Source of the DNA: Convolutriloba macropyga | Taxonomy: Eukaryota | Assembly: GCF_964194025.1 (NCBI RefSeq) | Contig: NC_134471.1 | Coordinates: 53,568,001-53,632,000 of the forward strand | Direction: 5' to 3' | Length of the DNA stretch: 64,000 nt | Part shown: positions 1-15,200 of the stretch, piece by piece | Layout of the letters: each line of letters opens with the position of its first letter | Numbering within the stretch: position 1 is the first letter of the stretch | Notes under the pieces: generated by a model | Seen by the model: the letters and a program-made list of their open reading frames with translations, nothing else | The model's database searches: none | Told to the model about the DNA's origin: nothing | Program-made: the position numbers and the translations under genes

Positions 1-880
1 TGTACTTGCCTGAATTTGGTTGGGGTTTGCTTCTACACATTTTTGAAAAGTGTCCCACCTTTTCAGTTGTGGCATTTTTTACTTAGCGCTAGACAGGGTC
101 TACTACAGTGTGGCGTACATCCACATCTAGTGCACATGTTGCTTTTATTAGCCGTAAATTTTTCTTTTGGTTTTCGAAAGGTCTTTTTGAAGTTGAACCC
201 AACTTCTTCTTTCACAGTGAAAGGCTTATTACCTGATGAAGAACTTGCAAAAGCCATTTCGTGAACGGCCTATTACCTGATGAAGAACTTGCAAAAGCTA
301 TTTCTTGACTTCGAAACTTTAAGCTCTCGGTCATTTCAGTAACCGACATTGCTGGTTTTGCTTTAATACCGTAGTTTAAGTTTTGCTTCAGGGTCCCTCA
401 AACCTGAGATAAACTTTATTTTTACCAACTCCTCTTCAGGGTTGGCCGCTGTTTTGAGTTCTTCGATGTCACAATAGCGTGCTTCCTCTCTAAGGCGCGC
501 TAGGAAATCGTCTTCTGACTCCCCTACACTTTGTATTATGACAGAAATTTAGCACTTTCTGCCCTTACTACTCTTTCTTTAGAAATACAATTTTGATTCA
601 CCAATCTGATGTCTTTATACAGTGTGTCTATCAAATTCCTAGGACTAACAGGCTCCTAAATTTAATAATTGCATCTTTCCAGTATATACTAAGAAAGAGA
701 TTGGTTACCTGTAGGTCCTGTATAGTACCATCGGTGTTGATCTTGTCCTCTTTCTTCTCTGCGCGACATTTCGCCACAAAAGACATAATCCATGCAGTAG
801 CTGATTCTGCATTCAGTAGATCCAAACTTTGTCTATCTGTAGATGGTCGGGACACCATTATCGTGGTCGGTAACACGTGT
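1..880 (-). mobile_element. Decayed Ty3/Gypsy LTR-retrotransposon gag fragment (two zinc knuckles, Mag-like)
   Basis: Minus-strand frames give QSVGESEDDFLARLREEARYCD...KFISGLRD (gag capsid-like), then CTRCGCTPHCSRPC and CHN*KVGHFSKMC (CX2CX4HX4C with a Cys mutated to stop at 63-65). Frameshifts and stops indicate a dead copy. It contains a 45-bp internal duplication at ~222-305. Confidence 0.8.
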
Positions 881-1359
881 CAAAATATTCGATAAGTTGA
901 ATTTTAAATTAAAATTGGAACTGAAAATTACAAAAATTAGCTCGTATTTATAGAACTTATCTGTGCGAAAATATACAGAGAAAATTTAGATTAGCTAAAG
1001 ATATTTTACATGATTGAAATGCGAATATTTTTTAGTTCCGAATCCCGGAGGTGATTTTCTATTTTCAACAGCATTTCACGAGAATCGTATATGGCCTAGG
1101 TACAATCGATTTCATAAGTTGTAGGTCGGTGGGTGTTAGAATCAGGTTTCTGTTGGTGGGAGAATTTACTTCTGACATATGATTAATAGGTCAATAAGAT
1201 AATGATAGCGCCAAGACTCAATTAAAATTGAGTTTAGTTTTGTGGCCACTACTTATTGACAAAGTTGGTCAGGTAAGTTCTTCTTTCGTTCTTTGAAACT
1301 TTAATAAAACCTCTAAGTTTCTTGATGTTTGTTTGAAACCGTCACATGATTCACAGAAC

Positions 1360-3050
1360 CGTACTACCATTTAAAATGGATTGGATAATGGTCTGTAAAG
1401 TTATTGTGTTCAAAAACGGAAATTTCACATTTTTTTGGAAAATCATAGTCGAAGATTTGTCTACAACTCTAGTGGGTATTGCTTCTTTCAATACAAACCC
1501 ATTACTTGCGATACAGCTTTCGTAATTCTTTGAGTTTATTTTCCTTAAGGACGTCAAGATTAATGTTACCACAAATTAAAAAGGTATCATTTGATTTAGT
1601 AAATGATTCAAGAAAAACATCCAACGTGTCCAACAAACTCAAATTTGTTCTTGCAGCAACTTAGATATTGAGTAATTTGAACTTATAACTGTTTTTGTCA
1701 ACTTCTATTAACATTGCTTCTTTTCTTTTTTTTGTATTTCTCTTAAAATTTTAAAATTTTCCCGCAGCTGGATCATACCACCGCCACCAGTGTTCGCGCG
1801 GTTTTTACGCTGTATTCTTTATACCCACTAACAAGATAGTTTTTATGTTCTTCTGAGTCGGAGAGCCATGTCTCTTTAAGACACCAATTTCATGTGGAGA
1901 CTCAAGACTTGTTACAAGTGCTTCCAATTCCCGATAGTTTATGTTAAGGAGCGCACATTTGCAGGCTTGACAGTCACATGATTTTACAGTAGTGTCCAAA
2001 TTGCTTTCAATTACTTTGGGTTCATTTAGTTTTTTAATTAGTGGGGGTTAAAAAAGTATCTCCTTCGCCGAAGCAGCTTTTAACATAATTCATAGAGTAT
2101 TGTAAATCAATTGCACCTTGATATAGCCCATTTATCTTGTATATCATATGATTTTCGTTCCAGACGTAATAAATAGTGCCTTCTTTGGTCCAGCAAGAAT
2201 CGATCCGTTGATCTTGTCGCATCATTTGAAATTGAGTCAATTGCATTTGCAATATCTTCAGAGATCCGAATATGGCTCAACTCGGGAATAAATTTTAGCT
2301 CCTTCTTCCTTGTCAGCAGCTCTATTTATTCAACACGCCTCGTAAAACTTACAATTATTGGCTTCACTGAGCTAATAAATCTGGATGGTAGGCGATAAGC
2401 TCTTGAGATGTCAGTCAGCTGCAATCCTGCTTCTTAACATGTCGATATCTCAAGAACAGGTTGCATTGTTGTTTCTGTTCGCTCGGGAGTCACTTTACCG
2501 TCGTATGTAGTGCTTCTTTTCAGCTACTCTAGTAATTCTGAGATCTTCACGTCGATTTGAAGAATCTAGCAGTTCTGTTTCAGATAGTGCCCTAACATTG
2601 AACTTCTCAACTTCATCGCTAAATTCGCGTCGAACTTTGCGCAAATTTTATCTTCTCTCTGAGAGAGTGCTTGCTTGACAAATTCTTCGATGGTGGCTTT
2701 CAGTTTGACAGATATGGCTTCCAACACGTCAGGAATACTGTTTTTCAGTGCGTACGCGACGCTTGATTGCATTTTTCGAGAAGATTTTTGCCTGCATCTC
2801 TTTCTGGGCTTACTTCGGTGCACGGTCTTTTTTATCTGGGTAGTTTATGGGTGTGTTGTTTTCATCTCCCCAAATCAACATTAGAATCAGTGATCATGTT
2901 CTACTGTGGAACTATTTAATAAGTTTATCGCAGCGATTAGGCTTTTTATATTCAAAGTTCCCATATCTATACTTTATTTGCAGACCATTAATTCATGAAT
3001 GGATCAGCGGGGTCAAAGCATTATGTGCAAACGCTCACTACCGAGCCGCC
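1360..3050 (-). mobile_element. Decayed non-LTR retrotransposon (CR1/L2-like LINE): ORF1 plus APE endonuclease part of ORF2
   Basis: ORF1 motifs on the minus strand: SNRREDLRITRVAE (~2520-2560), DISRAYRLP..KPIIV, SCWTKEGTIYY (~2170-2200). APE motifs across frameshifts: ETWL (~1863-1874), a GGG glycine run (~1780), GNINLDVL (~1550-1573), PTRVVDKSST, TDHYPI (~1380-1396). Confidence 0.8.
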
Positions 3051-3294
3051 TTATTTGAATTTAAACAAAGAAATATTTATAGCTAAGTTTCACCAATCAT
3101 ATCTCTATTTGGTAATGCGTTCTGGGTTGCAATGTTTTGCCGAACATTTTTGTCCATTCTCTTGACCTTATCTGCTAATCAACCAGAAAGGCGCTGAAAA
3201 CTTTTAACGATGGATTTGATGCAAACTTGTTTTCAGATTTAATGGATATCGACCGTAGTATCTGACCGATAGTTTTAATTGAATTGAGTCGAGG

Positions 3295-6200
3295 ATGGCA
3301 ACAGTTGCGCCGCCTGTGCTGAGCCCTTCCAAAGGTGGGTACACTTTTAAAATATTAGTCATAAGTCACTAACATATTATTTGTAACCTAACAAAAAAAC
3401 AGAGCAAAAGTCTAGAAGATTCAATTTTTATCTCTAAATAATGTCGATGTTGTTTCGAACACCAAAATGATAGCAGGATTTTGCTAAGTTACAACAGTTC
3501 AGTTTCGACAAGAGCAGCTTTTCGAGATCGGAACAAAATGGATTTTGATTACCATTTTTTGCTGCAGGTTGTGTCTCTGTTTTACCAAAGGACCTGGTAA
3601 GTTCTGCATGTTGCATGTTCTGTCTTATCTCAGCTCATTCGTGGTCTTCTGTAATATTTTGAACTACTGGTCAATGTTCAACAGTCGGGTTAATCCCTGC
3701 ATCATGACATCTTTGAAGCTTAGAAAAATTTGATGTATTAAATAACTGATTGTACTACAAAGCTTGATAAGATACAATACAATGCTCCATTAAGTTTTGC
3801 CAGCTCAAATATTTAACGCAGTGGTGAAAAATATGCGATATATGAATAATTGCTATCATTCGTCTTGTTGTCATTTACTAATGCGTGCTGAGTTTTTAGA
3901 GCAGTGGATATTAAGAGCAAGCTAGATTAGACAAAGCAGTTTCTGTATACGTAGGGCAAGATTTTTGAGAGAAAAATCCGACGCCGTGGTCCGAGCGTCA
4001 AATTTAAGCTTGTAGTGATACCTGACCCAATAACGCCGTGAATTGTAATGTTCGTTTCATAACATGCTAAAATTTAAATATACAAAATATTTTTACTCAA
4101 AAATTTTTAGTGGGGTAATGTATTGAGGGTAAAATAATAGAAAACGCTGTGAGAACAAAAGTGTTAGTCACTAATCTCTACTTTTAAATTTGGCACAAGA
4201 CAGTTTGGTCAGTTAAGATAATCAGTAGGATTATGAAATCAATGAGATAGCGCTTGTTTAGATTTAAGGTTGATGAAGTCCAAATTCAGAAATAAAATTT
4301 TGTGTTATTTTAGCTGCTTTTTATCCAGATACAATTTATGGGAGACATATTGACTATAATACAGCGAATGGAGTGGTGTTAAATGTTTTTAAGGGCCACG
4401 AAACCAAGTGGTTCGAAGGCATTATTGGCAAAAATATGTTTTTTGGTAGTAAAAGTTATTGCCCAGGACTCACAGCTTATAAGTTTTTTGAATTTATGAA
4501 AAAGAAAATTGATAATTTAAGAATAACCCTGTGTTTTTTCAAAAAAAATAAAAATTGGTTTTCTTGAAATCAAATCAATTTTACAATTGCTTAATGAAAA
4601 GGCAGTTATCTGGTTGTGTCTTTGTTAACATCTGATTCACTGTTCAAATTTATTGTTAAGGCGTCACCGAGGTGAAAAATGCCATTTCGCTTCACCGTTT
4701 CGCGCTTTTCTTCTAGAATAATCTTTGATTTCTCAAGTGACTTTTTCACGCAGTTCTTGCTCCCATAAAGAAATTTTTTTCTAAGCGACAGCCCCTTGCG
4801 CTGCCTGTCATTCGAGAGCAATTTTACGACGTTATTCGGTTAATGGTTTTTAGCTCACTCGCAAACTATTGCTAATTAGCAAAAAAAAATTTTTTTTGAC
4901 TGTCTCGAAAAATTTTTGTTCTCTTTGGTGGGCGTGAGACATACTCTCAGCTTGGCAATTCTCTTTATCTAGCTCCTAGTGCCGGTTCGGGGTTCCTCCA
5001 CTTATGTTTTCCAATTCTTGCTATAAATTGGTGTCACTTGGCGCCCAGAAATATGAATTCCCGCTTTATGAAAGGGCCGGTGCAACTTATTTTTGAATTT
5101 CAGCATGCTTTACGCGAGAAATTTGAGCTCGTTAAGGTCATTTTTTGCTTAGTTTTATGACCGTATGGCAACCTTGAATGGTTTCGTGCGATATTTATGG
5201 TGGGCCTTAAGCTTATCGCAACATTTCTGGTGACTGCGTTATATTTAAATCAACTGCACAATACCATTAATTTGTGAAGACACAACTCTATTCAAGCAAG
5301 CAATAACGTTCGTTTCCAGGTCGTCGTGCGGGTGGTTCTTTCCGGTCTCCTCAAAGAGCCCGCAGTGGTGGGGGTGCTGAGCTGGCCACAGCAACAGGAG
5401 CCCACTCCCTCATAGACACTAGAGGGGGAGGAGGGGGTGCTGCTGGTTTGAGCAGAGCCTCTTCCTCTTTAGATGAGCAAATGAAAGACAATCTAGCAAA
5501 GTTGCAGCTCAAATTGCTTCAACAGGTATTGCTTCAGGAAACTATATACTAAGTATGGCAATACAACGATGAGTGTTCGGGATAACGATAACTTGGTAGC
5601 AACTATAAGTATTTCGGATATTGATTGATGTATTCAAACTCTTTATGGAATGTAACTGATGACCCTTAACTATAACTCTTTTGTTAACATTTTTGACTTG
5701 CTTTTCAGAAGCTACAGAGTCGCCAGAAGCCCAGGAGTATGTCTAGCAGACCAGGTAAAATTGAAAGTACCTAGACCAAGTATTGATAATCTTTTCAGTA
5801 TTCCAGATTTTAAATGCGAAATTGGAAAAAATCAATAGTTTGAGCTGTTAATTTAAACGAAATTTTGGATTATAGAGGACATCAATGCTAATAGAAATGG
5901 TATAGAACAAAATAATTTGTTTTACAGCTTTGAACATTGTTTTAGTGCCAAACAGTGCAGATGTGCGGCTGAGAAATGCTATGAAGGATAGGGAGAAATT
6001 ACTCGCCGAACTGAAGGTAAAAACGAAGCAGGCAGGAAATATGATTGCTCATATTTGTTGTTTTCGTAATATCAATCATGATCGAGAGATACCTTCTAGA
6101 TAGGAAGCTTGAATGTCTTTCTTTAAATCTTCCGAAATCTCTATTTTCTGCAATTTTTGTCGACAATTAATAATGCTTCACTCATTTCAAATTCAGAACT

Positions 6201-9200
6201 GTTGAGTTCGGAATAGAAAATTAATCAGAAACACAAACAGTTACTGTTGTTGTGAACTTTTTGTTATATCTTCAATTATAATGCGATTGAGGCGGGTCCC
6301 AAAATTACTTTGCTTACGACGAAAAAGGTGTCATTATTGTTTGATATCGAAAATGTTGACATTTTATGTCGTTATTTCTTTTAAAAAGTATACCTCGTTA
6401 ATGAGGAAATATATCCCGAATTTTTAATGAGAATTAATCTCATGCTAAATGTTTCTCTTTTTATTCTTTTAACATTTTTCCTCAAATGTGTTGAAAGTTT
6501 TTTAAATACAAATCAAAATAGTTTTCATTTTTCCGTCTATTTGAAACAGTTCATTCATTCTCAATCAAATTTTTGTAAAATTCATTTGTACAAGTACAGT
6601 CAATAATGCTAGATGACTGCAGGAATTATGTTTTTACAGCTGTAAGCTGAGCAAATATATATTGGGTCACTCGTGGCTTTTCACTATTCAAAGAAATTGT
6701 CTTTTTGTGCAGTCTTTTTTCTACAGTTCAAGGAGTTTGAATTGTATGGGGGCGCTGTCTTTTTTATTATTTGTTCGCACTTTGTGAAAGTGGAGTGTTC
6801 ATTTTGATCTAGCCAAAGCCGGAAAGGAGTGAAGAGGCGAGTCGCTGTTCGGCGATATTTAGGGAAGAAAAATCTTGGTGTTACTGTTTTTCAAGGTTTC
6901 CGGTTTTTTTCGAATTAGTTTTAGAATTCATTGCTAGTCATTTCATGGTCTAGTTAATTTGTTGTCTGAATGAAATATCTTTTAATTGTTTTCAGGATTG
7001 GTCATACTGTGTTTTTATATGACATGTTAACACATCTTTAATGTGAGATTTTTGACACATTTTGAAAGATTTTGAGCTTGGGAAACTGGATATACAGGCA
7101 AAGTGTAGGGGTGCTAGTTAGCCTCAGATTCTCTGAGCTCGCTTTTGTAGCATATCAAATGATAAAGTTGCTAGGGAAGCCAAATGGGTCTTTAATTGAC
7201 GTTGACTACACTTCATAGAAGTCTTTTGCGAGCAAGATGTTTCTATATTTTTTAGGTTGATTTGAAACATGCGGCAAGTTTTGTCCCTAGTTCGATTGTT
7301 TTCGCATTTAGGGAAAATGGGTTTTGTCTACAAATTGCAAATGGATTGAGGGGCAATTTTACTTAGTTAGGGTTAACTTACTTAGGATTTTAGCGACTTT
7401 TGTAATTTTCGCTAATTTTAAGTGAAGTTTTAAAATATTTCGCTTATGTTGTTGCCTCTGGGCAGTGCCAATATTCGCAGTAGCGTTTTTACTAGTGTTA
7501 AGGTTATTTTTTGAATTATTTGGCTGGCAATTGCTTTTTTGGACATCCCTATCAAAAAAGTTAAACAAAATTGGTTTTTCAAATCTTTTCAATGGTTTGT
7601 GTTAGTTGCGTTCTGCGAGTTCAAGGTTTTACAAGACATTATTATCAAAAACGTCCAGTTATTGTTCCAGAAGTTTTAAAAATACCCTTTTTTATTGTTT
7701 TTGCGGCTACGTGGCTTTTATGTGTGAAGCAAGATTTTCTTAGCTGCTAGTTTATCTGGTTCTTGCGTTTTCTATGTTTGTTATTGTTTCTCTGTACGGT
7801 TCTTATTGGTTAAATATTCTGCTGGTCCCTTCAGGGTTTTCAGAATTTCCATGAAATTTTTTGAATTGTAATCCAGGAATCGTCTTGTTTCCTTTTTTGG
7901 ATGTCTGATGTCTTTTTTCGCTTAACATTTGATGAGGTTTTTAAATGACTTCTTCCTCTCACTAACGGCATTTGCGCCGTCAATGAGAGGAGTTTTAGAT
8001 AAAGTAAGCGACCAGATTGTGTTCCTAAGTAACTTTCCTCACTCAACAAAAATACTTTGATCTCTAATACCTAAGTTTAATTATGATCAGTTTAAGGCCC
8101 AAGAAACCCGTATGGGTAACAAAGGTCCCTTATAAAGGGCTTCTGTAGAATTAAATTGAGCAAGCCCAATAAATTTATCGTTTAAAATTTTGTTGTTTTC
8201 TAAGCTTGTCGATAACTTGTCAACTCCATTCCATTTCTGTATTCTGTGGCTCGCAAATCTTTCGCAGCTACATTCGGCAATCTGCAGGCTATTTTATTTT
8301 AAATTCAAAGACAATTGTTACCTTGTTTTAGATGGAGAAGCTGAAGGGAGACTCAATGAACAGTAGTGGCCATAACAATGGACTCCAGAGGCCTTATTTG
8401 TCAACGGATGAGTATCCCCCTCCCAATGGTATCCCAGGTGTCTATCCACCTATGCCTTTTTCATCGCTGGGGAATAGCAGACACTTGGATGGTTTAGAAG
8501 GACTGGCATTGGACAGACGATACAACTTTAATGATGTAGCTTTACATGTTAGTGGATGTGTCGAATTTTTAACACAACATTGCATTAATGCCTCGGATAA
8601 CAATTTATGGTGACTTGAGGGTTTAAGTCTCATGCCTTTTCAAGGTGCAATATCGCTTTTTCAAATGGAAGCACAAATTGGTTCAGTTTGTCATTTTTTG
8701 TTATGGGGCCGACATTTACGTTGATCGCAGTTCAATGACCTCTTCTGATAGAGAGAAATTCTTTTTAATAGCCGCACAGCGATAGCTGGGGCTATTATTG
8801 GCCTTCTCTTGGTTTTTTTTACGACTCGAAGAGGAGTATTGGTTTTCTTAAGGTTTTTTTTTTTACCGGAAGTACTATTCGTTCAGACGATGTTTTGACC
8901 TAAAAGCGAAAGCGAGTAAAATTGCAGTGTGAACTAATTTTTTCTGAGCGAGAGAAGTTATTTGATCATGCGCTGCGTTTAGTGAATGACTTTTTGACAT
9001 TGAAAAGTAGTTTTTGACTGAATGGCACATAATAGATAACCGTTTTTAGCCGTTTTTTCGTCTAAGTGGCCTAGTTTTTTTGCTTGTAATTTGGTTTTTT
9101 GTAGAAATAATTTTTAATCGATGCTATGTTGAAACGTAAACCCTGGAAATTGATAGCACAGGATTTTGCATAGCCTGAAATTGCGTTTCAAATGCGAAAT

Positions 9201-12200
9201 TGGCACATATTTCTTGATTTTTTAGTTAATTTTTGGCTTTTTTTTTCTATTAATTTCTTCATTTTTGGATTTTTTAGCTGTTTTTTGTCAAAAATCAGTT
9301 AATATGGCAACTTCCCTTTGATAATTCATATACTCAATGCCTCTTTCTACCTCGATGTAGTTTTGTTTCATAAAATTGTACATTTGCTAATCCGATTTTC
9401 GTAGTTTTTTGCCAATTTTTTTCAGTTTTTGGTTTGTATTTTGCTTTTAATTACTAGAAATAGTATTTTGGGGAACATGAGGGACTTTAATTTCGTTTCA
9501 ATAAAAATTCAATCCTTTTTTGGTGTTAAGTTTTTGAAAAAACAGATAATTTTTTTTCATAAATGCAGTCTTAAATATTTTTTGACCACTTTTTTGCAAA
9601 ATGTTTCATTGTTTCGTATGTCTGAATTCTGCTTTTTCTTGTTTTATTCTGTTCAGCAAGTTGGATTTTTGTCTCGAATGACTCGTCGTCTTTTCTATGT
9701 CTCGAATGCTGATCAATGAAATGTACTCGTTTTTCTTGATTTTTTTAAATTTGATTTTTAACTTTCAAAAATCAAGAATTGGTCTTTTTGTTACGGTGTT
9801 CCTAACATTGTGTCCATATTCTTCACATTCTCGTTTGTATCATTCTAGTTTTGTCCTGGCACCTACTTTTGTATTCGTTATATTGATTTTTTCAGTTGTT
9901 ATAAATTGAATGAATTCAGCTTTTTCTTAGATCTTGGTTTCTTCGGATTTCAATTGATTTAATTCAAAATAAGGCAGTACTGGGAGTTTGCTAGAAAGTC
10001 TTTTCCAACATTTCGACTTATTACTATTCATTGCAATTTTATTCCGGGCTTGGTATTGTTTTTAGACGATTGTTTGCCTTTGAATATTATTCTGTTGCTT
10101 TTGTTTTTCTATGATTAATTCAATTTTTGAATTAGTATGAAATCATGTTGTCTGGCATATATACAACAAGGAAAAATCATGTATTATTTTTGTCTTAATT
10201 GCCGTGATTAGAAATCTAATTGTAGTGGTTCTCTGATTCTTAAGTTTGAGCACTCTTTTTTGAATAATTTTGACTTTCCTGTCTTTTTTGAAAAGTTTTT
10301 ATCTGCCGTTTGCTTTCGCGATCTTTTTGAGATTAGAATCATTAATTATCTGAGGGCAATTGATAGCCCTGTCAGCTTTGTTAGGCTATCAGTTTTTTGA
10401 CCATCCTAAAAATTTCAGACTTAACGTTACCAAACGTTTTCAATAATAAAATTTTGCTGCATTTTCTTTCTCTTGGTGACAGTGGTTTAATTTTCACCGA
10501 TTTTTAGATCAGACCCGCCAAGGTAATGAGTTAATGGTTTAATACAAAAGGTAATGGCTTCAGCTTTTGTGAAGTTTTGGTGCTTCGAGTCGCTTCCAGA
10601 ATTCTTCCGGCTATGTTTTTTCGTCGTTATGATTTTTGTTACGACCATATGACGTCACAGCCACTTTTTGTTCATTCGTTCATGCAATTTCAACTGAATT
10701 GCATGCGTGGCGTCATTTTTCGCTCTTAGTGGAGCGAGTTTTTTGTTCATAGGCGTGATTAAATTTTTGGTCACACTTGACTTACCTCACTCTCAAAAAT
10801 GACTTCCTCACTTTGAAATTGACTTTTATTTACTTTAATTCAAAGAGATAAGGTCAAATGGGTGTGTGTCACTCTAAATGAAGGTTATTTGAGATCAGCT
10901 AATAGAGGCAGCAATAACTTATACAGATTTTTAATCAAAATATAACAGATAAGCTTTCAATCAAAAGACAATTTTTTTATCTGTCTTTTTTACTTTTTTT
11001 TTAGACTGCCGATCTACGAATCTATTGCGGCTATTTTCTGGCAATCTGCCAGCTATGTTCATTTGTATTTTTTGAGATGCGTCTTTTGGTAATGTAGTTC
11101 AACAAATTGAAGTGAATTTGTAAAAGAAAAAATATTGCAGTTTGAAGAGTAGTTTTTAGCAGCACCAAATTGGTTTTTAAAACATTGTTTTAACATAAAT
11201 TAGCAGATTTTTAACAGATTAGTAGATTTTTAAATTACTTTAGTTATTTTTCAGCTTTTTTTTGGTTGTTCGCCTCTCCTTGTTCCTTTTATTTCCAACC
11301 ATATATGCCACCCTGCAGATTTGCTGTTTAAATGATTTTGGCGAGAAACCATTGTTTTGTCGGTTAGTATCAAAATTCTGCGGAACACGAAAAAGAGCCT
11401 TCAGTGAAGGATTAGTTTTTTTTGCTAATTCTGGACATTCGATGTTTTTGTGTGCCTGTAATTTTCTTTTTGTATGTTAGAAAAGTTTTTAATTGCTCTT
11501 GAACGAAGTTCATAGCAATTATTGTAAACGTGTCTGTCTTTTTTATGCAAAGTTTTCGCTTGACAATTTTGACTTTTACGCCCTTGACTTTTTGCGTTTC
11601 AGGTGATCTAAAATTCTCCCTCAATCACAATTTCAAGCAGCTGAACTCAATTGGCGGTAATTTAATACTAAAAGTCAAATGAAAAGTGCGCCAAAACTGG
11701 TGCCATTTTTTACTTTAAATCTTAATAGTGGTATATGTTAACCTGTAATGTGATTATTTGAAGCCGACTATTGAACTTCTTAGTCACATTTAGGCTCCCC
11801 ACCCCTCCATCGACTGAAGCAGGCTGCAATTGATTAGAGCTCCCACTAGTCGTTCGAGAGCAATTCTTCCGACGTTTAGTCGGTTATGTTTACTACATGA
11901 CAATTTTCTGTTCTTTCTCTCTTGCATTTTTGATCGAAACAGCCTTGGTATTCAACATGCTGGTACCAGAAGTAGCTACAATTTAAATATTATTATTGTT
12001 TTCTCTAAAATTGAAAATTTATTCTTTGCCTATTTGCCTTGTGATATTCAATTGGTCTGTTGTTTATTTGGAGGATTCTTTACAGTTTCTCATTCAATTC
12101 TTTGAATCACTTTTCAAGAATTGTTCTGCTTTATTTTTTAAGAGAAGTTCACACAGGAGTTGCTGCGAAGGCCAAAGTGGCCAAGGTGTTTTTTTGAAGC

Positions 12201-15200
12201 TTTTGAGCCCAAGATGTTTTTTAGATTTTGTCTGAATGGGTCTTCAGTTGAGGTCGATGGTCGTTCAAACAGGTTGTTTGTTTCTCTTTTCAGTTGTGTC
12301 TAAAATTTGTATTTAAAGAATTTGTCTTTTGAGTTCTTATCTTTTGGGACTACATATACTTCTCTAAAACTTTTTTGCTTCATTGAGTACATGTTAGAAC
12401 AAGAAAAAGTCCTTTGAAAGTAATGACTTTGCGCATTTAAGCGTTAACTTTTGCTACGCCAATTTTGCTACTAACTTGCTATGGTTATTAATTTTCGCTA
12501 TTTTTTCGAAACAATTTTTTCCTGAAGTTTTTTGCTCTGTATATCTCCTAAGTGTTCGATTGGGTTGCGTTTAGTCTGTAGGATGAGTGTTGTTCAGTGT
12601 TTGTTAAAAATGGTTGTTTTGGACGGCATTATTATAAAAATATAAGCAATGGTATTTGTTCAAGTTTTTTTAAAATATTTTTTTATTTTTTGTGTGCAAA
12701 AGGTCAAGAAATTGTATCTAGATGGTTTATTGCTTAGATTGCTTTTGAATATTGGTTTTGAGCACAAAGACAACTAGTTTTCTCACAATTGTTCCTGCCT
12801 CTGCCTATCTATGTCAAGCAGGATTTCTGTAAGCTGCCAAAACAATCTGATTTAAATGAAATTTTCTTGAAAATTTTTCTGTAAATTTGTGAAGCTATTT
12901 TTGCTCCGTTTGACCCGTATTCATCAAGTGTTATGCTGGCCAGTGAGGGGTTTTCACGTGTCTCATTCACTTCTTTGAATTGTAATTCAAGACGTGCCCT
13001 GCTATGTTTTCGTGGTCTCCATCGATAATTCTTGCGACCATTTGACGTCTTTATTTTCAGTGTCTTCAACAGAGCAATTGAATGTGTGTGTGACGTCATT
13101 TGGCACTCTTTTGTGTCAGCTTTCAGGTCAATTGTGTGATTATTTTCTGCTTACCTCACTTACTTAACCTAGAATAACTTTCACATTCACTTAATGGAGT
13201 TTAGATTTTAAGAAAATTTACTAATTGAGGATCAGTAGAGTGCGTCTAAAGATTGACACAAACTTAAGCGCCCTAATTCTTGAGAATTAGAGTTTTTAAC
13301 TTTTTCATCTTTCACCATCTAATTTCAACAGAGCTCTTTTATTATAGCTGTTTCCTTCATGCGTAACATAACAATTTCAATCCGAATCTAACCCTTAGAG
13401 CTAATGAAGGTCACCGAGGACTATTGCGGCTATTTTCGATCTTCGATTTTTTTAATACGCTTCAGATGAAGAACGAAACTATTTTTGTGTTCATTCCACA
13501 TCGGTTTTGGCGAATGGAAGTGATAACAATCACCATTTAACTTATTCGTAACTAAAAACCTACTGCATCATTGTCCAGTTTAATCATTGCCCAGTCGGAT
13601 TGAAATAATAGGAAATAATAATAAGTGGTTAACAGTGTCAGATGCTCAGCATCTTCGGATGTCTGGTGAGTTGTCGATAAAACTGCGCAATTATCCAAAA
13701 GTGACCCAATTCTTTTTCTTTATTCCATAGAATTCTCTGAGTCCAACAGATCGGCTGCAGCAGAGATCACGCAATCACTACAAGCCCGCATACTCATTCT
13801 TTCCTCCTCCACCTCCTGCCTTCGCACCCTATGGAGGTTACCCTTCACCCTATGGAATGTCTTCGTACGGGGGATACGCGCCTCAGCAACAAACAAGCAA
13901 AGCTGCAGGTAAGGGTTCCTTAATTGAAAACTTGAGAGCTTCCAAAACGTCGTCTAGGCAACCTGGACGTCTAAATCTGTTCCTCGCTCTTTAACATTAA
14001 TTTAGTGATAGTAATTTTGGCAACAAATGATTGCATACACGATCGAGCAGATTTACCAAAGCATTATAAAGCAGGTTTACCAAGTACCTACTCTGCATGA
14101 AAAATTTCGAAAAATATTTTGCAGTGCGATTCCATGTTAGCTGTCGCGATGTATCCTTGATTTCGGCACAACGCGACCTTGTTGGGCGATGTGACCCAGC
14201 CCCAGATTTATATTATGTTTCTTAAAAGATAAGACCAGAGGTAAGACATTTAATTACTGTTCAGGGAAAATAGTGTATTTTCCCGGTGGTTCGTTAGGTT
14301 GTTTGTGACTACAGAATTGTCAAACCAATTCCTCTAAGTTCTAGAAAGCTTATACTAAGTTTATAAAAAAAACTTTACATGAGTCAACGATCCAATGTGA
14401 GTGAATAAGGATGAGCTGTGAAAACCCGATTGTGTGGGAAATGGCTATAGATTTCAAATCAGCCGGAAATCTTCGCTCTGACTAATAATAACAATAATAA
14501 AACAGACAATTCTCAATTGAATTATCAGAATTTAAAGAGATACCCAAGGCTGTGATCTGATATAGAACCGTTTCACCAAATTTCTGCTTCAGTTTTATCA
14601 ATCACAGGCTGGGCTATTTTAACGTGTCCATAAAGCCTCCTTTATAAATCTATATAATTGGATAACAAATCAAATGATGTATTGTTGTCTGTAGAACTGA
14701 TGGAAATGATGATGATGCAGAATGCGCAGATGAATCAGACTATTATGCAGCAGATGATGATGTCTAATTTTGCCGCCAGATCCCCTCACAAGGTGTGCAT
14801 TAGTCATGGAATCTATTTTCTCTCCATAAACAAAAGTTTTGTTTCCATAAGCTTGTGTGTTTTTACATTGGTAATTTGTGCTAGCCAGTACAATCAACAA
14901 ATACTACACTTAGGCGGCGACAATTCATTACAGATGATGACAGATCCATATAACCACCCGGGTCAAAGGCAGGAATTTTAGCAAAGCAAGGAAATTTTGA
15001 AAAAATTGAATCTGTATGTTTTTAAGGTGCGTCATGCATCTTCTCGTCAAGTTTGTTATTAATAGCCGCCCTCATCTTCTCAGCCAGCTATTATAGCGCT
15101 CCTATTTTTTTTCGTCGAATAAAAAAATGTTTCGCTTTACCTCATTTTGCCGCTTTTTCAACATTTTGCGTGATATCTTTTTGACTTCTCTAAGCTAGTT

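Noticed and set aside
3286-3302. RFX X-box at the C21orf58-like start (ATGGCAAC)
   Set aside because: Only a half site, and it overlaps the coding sequence.
6950-8050. Possible further retroelement remnant on the minus strand (also 12150-12800 and 48780-49330)
   Set aside because: Composition is suggestive, but I could not identify diagnostic motifs; needs a translated search against TE proteins.
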